Virus record (IMG/VR): IMGVR_UViG_3300035182_002586 | Location: 464,958-528,957 of that record | Direction: 5' to 3' (one strand) | DNA: 64,000 nucleotides | In this document: positions 62,242 through 64,000 of the stretch, piece by piece | Layout: every line of letters begins with the position of its first letter | Numbering within the stretch: position 1 is the stretch's first letter | Made by a program: the position numbers and the translations under genes | The notes under the pieces: model-generated | What the model was told of the DNA's origin: nothing | The model's input: only the letters and a program-made list of their open reading frames with translations | The model's database searches: none

Positions 62242-62844
62242 GCGGGCATCAAGCGCCAGCGGCGGACGTGGGTGACTTTGACGGGGCCCGAGGTCGTCTT
62301 GCGCGTGTTCTTGGCGCACCGGCGGGCGACTTCGCGATCTTCGGCGCGGAGAGTGGTAGCCTCCCCGTTCTTGAGCGTGTAGAGGATCTCGTACCAGTCG
62401 GCGACGAGGGTACGGACGGGGCCGTTCTTCGACCACTGGACGATGCGGTAAAGGTCGTGGCTGGACTTCGTGCAGGCGAGGAACTTCTCGCAGTCGGCCT
62501 TGGTGACGGGTCCGGTATCGCCGCAGTCTTCGACCCATCCGGGGGTCGGTTCTTCGGCGTCTCCGAGCCACCAGAGGCCCCACGTCCTGCTACGGTCCAT
62601 TCCTCCAGAGTACACCGTGGTCACATGCGCCCCGAGACGGTGAGGATCTGGACGAGGATGGAGAATCGGATCTGTCGAAGGAAGGCGAGTCTCTCCACGT
62701 AGAACTCCATCATCTTGCCGTCTCCCTCGGACAACAACGAGAGCCGCCCAACTCCCCCAGAAACCTACGGGATGCCCACGGAGACGATCGAGTCCCTCCA
62801 CCAAGAACGACAACGCGTCGAAGAGGAGCTGAGAAAAGCAGTCG

Positions 62845-63570
62845 CTACTTCTTGACGAGGGCGTTACCGACGACGCCGAACCCGAGGGTACGGATACCCT
62901 CGTAGAGCGGGCTGATGTCTCGTCCGAGACCCTCTCTGAACTTCGCGATTTCGAGCCACTTGTTGGCGGCGAACCGGTGTGCGAACGGGACATCGAGGGC
63001 CCGGAGGTGCTGCGCGATGCTCGGGATCTCCTCGGGCTTGAGGATGGTGAAGCTCACGGCGGCGTTGAGGGCGAGGACGCTGTGTTGGACGTCGTGGTTG
63101 TCGAGGATCTCGGCGGTCAGGTTCTCGACGCAGAGGTGTTCAAGGCGTTCAGCGAGCCGAGCGTCCACGGGGGTTTGCGGGTCTTGCCCGTAGAAGGCGT
63201 GTTGCACGCACTGGAGGGCGCAGATCCGCGTGTGGATCCGGTTTTCGTCTCCCATGAAGCGGACGAGGAGGGCGATGTCCTTCTCTGGAGCGAGGGAAGC
63301 GAAGCGTCGGAGGGCGGACCAGACCAGGGGCTCGTGCGTGCTCGGTCGTTCTCGGAGGCTGAGGGCGGCTTGGTAGAGCGCGGGGGCGAGCCGCGCTCTG
63401 TGTCCAAGGTCCTCGAAGTCCAGATCCTCGACGTTGCCGAGGATCTGGAGGAGGGTGGCGTGGTCAGCGTGGCTGTCGAGACGCTCGACGGCTTGGACGA
63501 GTTCTTCGGTCATAGGGTCGTCCACGTGTTGAGGGCGAGCTGGATCTGACAGGCGAGGCAGCGTTCGCAC
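62845..63570 (-). CDS. Hypothetical helical-repeat-like protein (start uncertain)
   Basis: 241-aa ORF; likely start at MTEELVQAVE. Confidence 0.5.
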   Translation of the reverse strand: MRTLPRLSDPARPQHVDDPMTEELVQAVERLDSHADHATLLQILGNVEDLDFEDLGHRARLAPALYQAALSLRERPSTHEPLVWSALRRFASLAPEKDIALLVRFMGDENRIHTRICALQCVQHAFYGQDPQTPVDARLAERLEHLCVENLTAEILDNHDVQHSVLALNAAVSFTILKPEEIPSIAQHLRALDVPFAHRFAANKWLEIAKFREGLGRDISPLYEGIRTLGFGVVGNALVKK

Positions 63571-64000
63571 TCGTCGTCGTGTCCTTCGGAGTCGTGTCCG
63601 CAGTCGCAGCTACAACCGTTGAGGGCGAGCAGGGCGCCGATGGCGGCGACGAACTCCGTGTGCTTGGCGCGTTCGGCTTCGAGGATGGCTCGTAGTCCCT
63701 CGCGGTCGCGGCGGGCTCGGTCTCTCTCGTCACAGACGGCGTGGATCTCGGCCCGCGCCTCGTCACGTTCTCGACGGGCTTGCGCGATTTCCTCGAAGAG
63801 GTTCTCGGTCAGGTCTGACACGGGGGCGTCTCCCCTCGCAGTTCGGCGAGGATCTTGGCGGGCAGCGTCTCGGCGTAGTCATCGGCGATCTTGAGGGCTT
63901 CTTGGACGCGTGTAGGGAGGCGTCCGGGGGCGGTCCGAGCGAAGTCGGCCAAGGTGACCAGGGCCTCGACGTTCGTTGTGGGGTCTCGCGGGTAGCTCAT

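Noticed and set aside
22-63894. Numerous long Arg/Pro/Gly-rich overlapping ORFs in the six-frame track
   Set aside because: They are shadow ORFs of a high-GC genome, lying antisense or off-frame to genes with RBS, promoter motif and codon bias
1-64000. tRNA/rRNA genes, reverse transcriptase (DGR/retron), integrase, cas1/2/4
   Set aside because: No T-loop/CCA cloverleaf, YxDD RT core, recombinase catalytic motifs or Cas1-like ORFs were recognised
1-64000. Stop-codon reassignment, as reported in some huge phages
   Set aside because: TAG, TGA and TAA all terminate recognisable genes (e.g. cas12j TAG, NADAR TGA) and are followed by properly placed starts

Overview
This is a GC-rich (roughly 65-70% by eye), gene-dense segment of a large bacteriophage genome, consistent with the Biggiephage-like huge phages that carry CasPhi. 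It is mostly small hypothetical ORFs in an early/accessory region. The centrepiece is a compact type V CRISPR locus: a 796-aa CasPhi/Cas12j-family RuvC effector (36889-39279, minus). Its stop codon lies 7 nt from a 9-repeat/8-spacer array (36262-36881, 36-nt identical repeats), and I recognise no cas1/cas2/cas4 or other cas genes in the window. CasPhi is a described family. Less-explained structure around it includes: (i) about 28 copies of a bipartite promoter-like motif GATGGATC(G)-N16/17-GTAG heading small gene cassettes, and a second GGTGTA motif class; (ii) a stand-alone sigma70 region-4 protein; (iii) a 155-bp GATC-rich pentamer array with iteron-like repeats at an apparent strand-skew switch (candidate origin); (iv) two DNA-methylase-derived paralogs lacking catalytic motifs, one split at an A_AAA_AAC slippery site; (v) four unrelated proteins sharing a C-terminal W[DE][RK][LI]xx[DE] tail; (vi) a promoter-driven multi-hairpin non-coding stretch; (vii) a partial anti-repeat upstream of cas. 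Other recognisable genes are an HNH endonuclease, radical SAM, NADAR, a nucleotidyltransferase-like protein, a Dam-like MTase, two T5orf172/GIY-YIG-like proteins and several DUFs. All family calls come from motif recognition by eye, with no database search.
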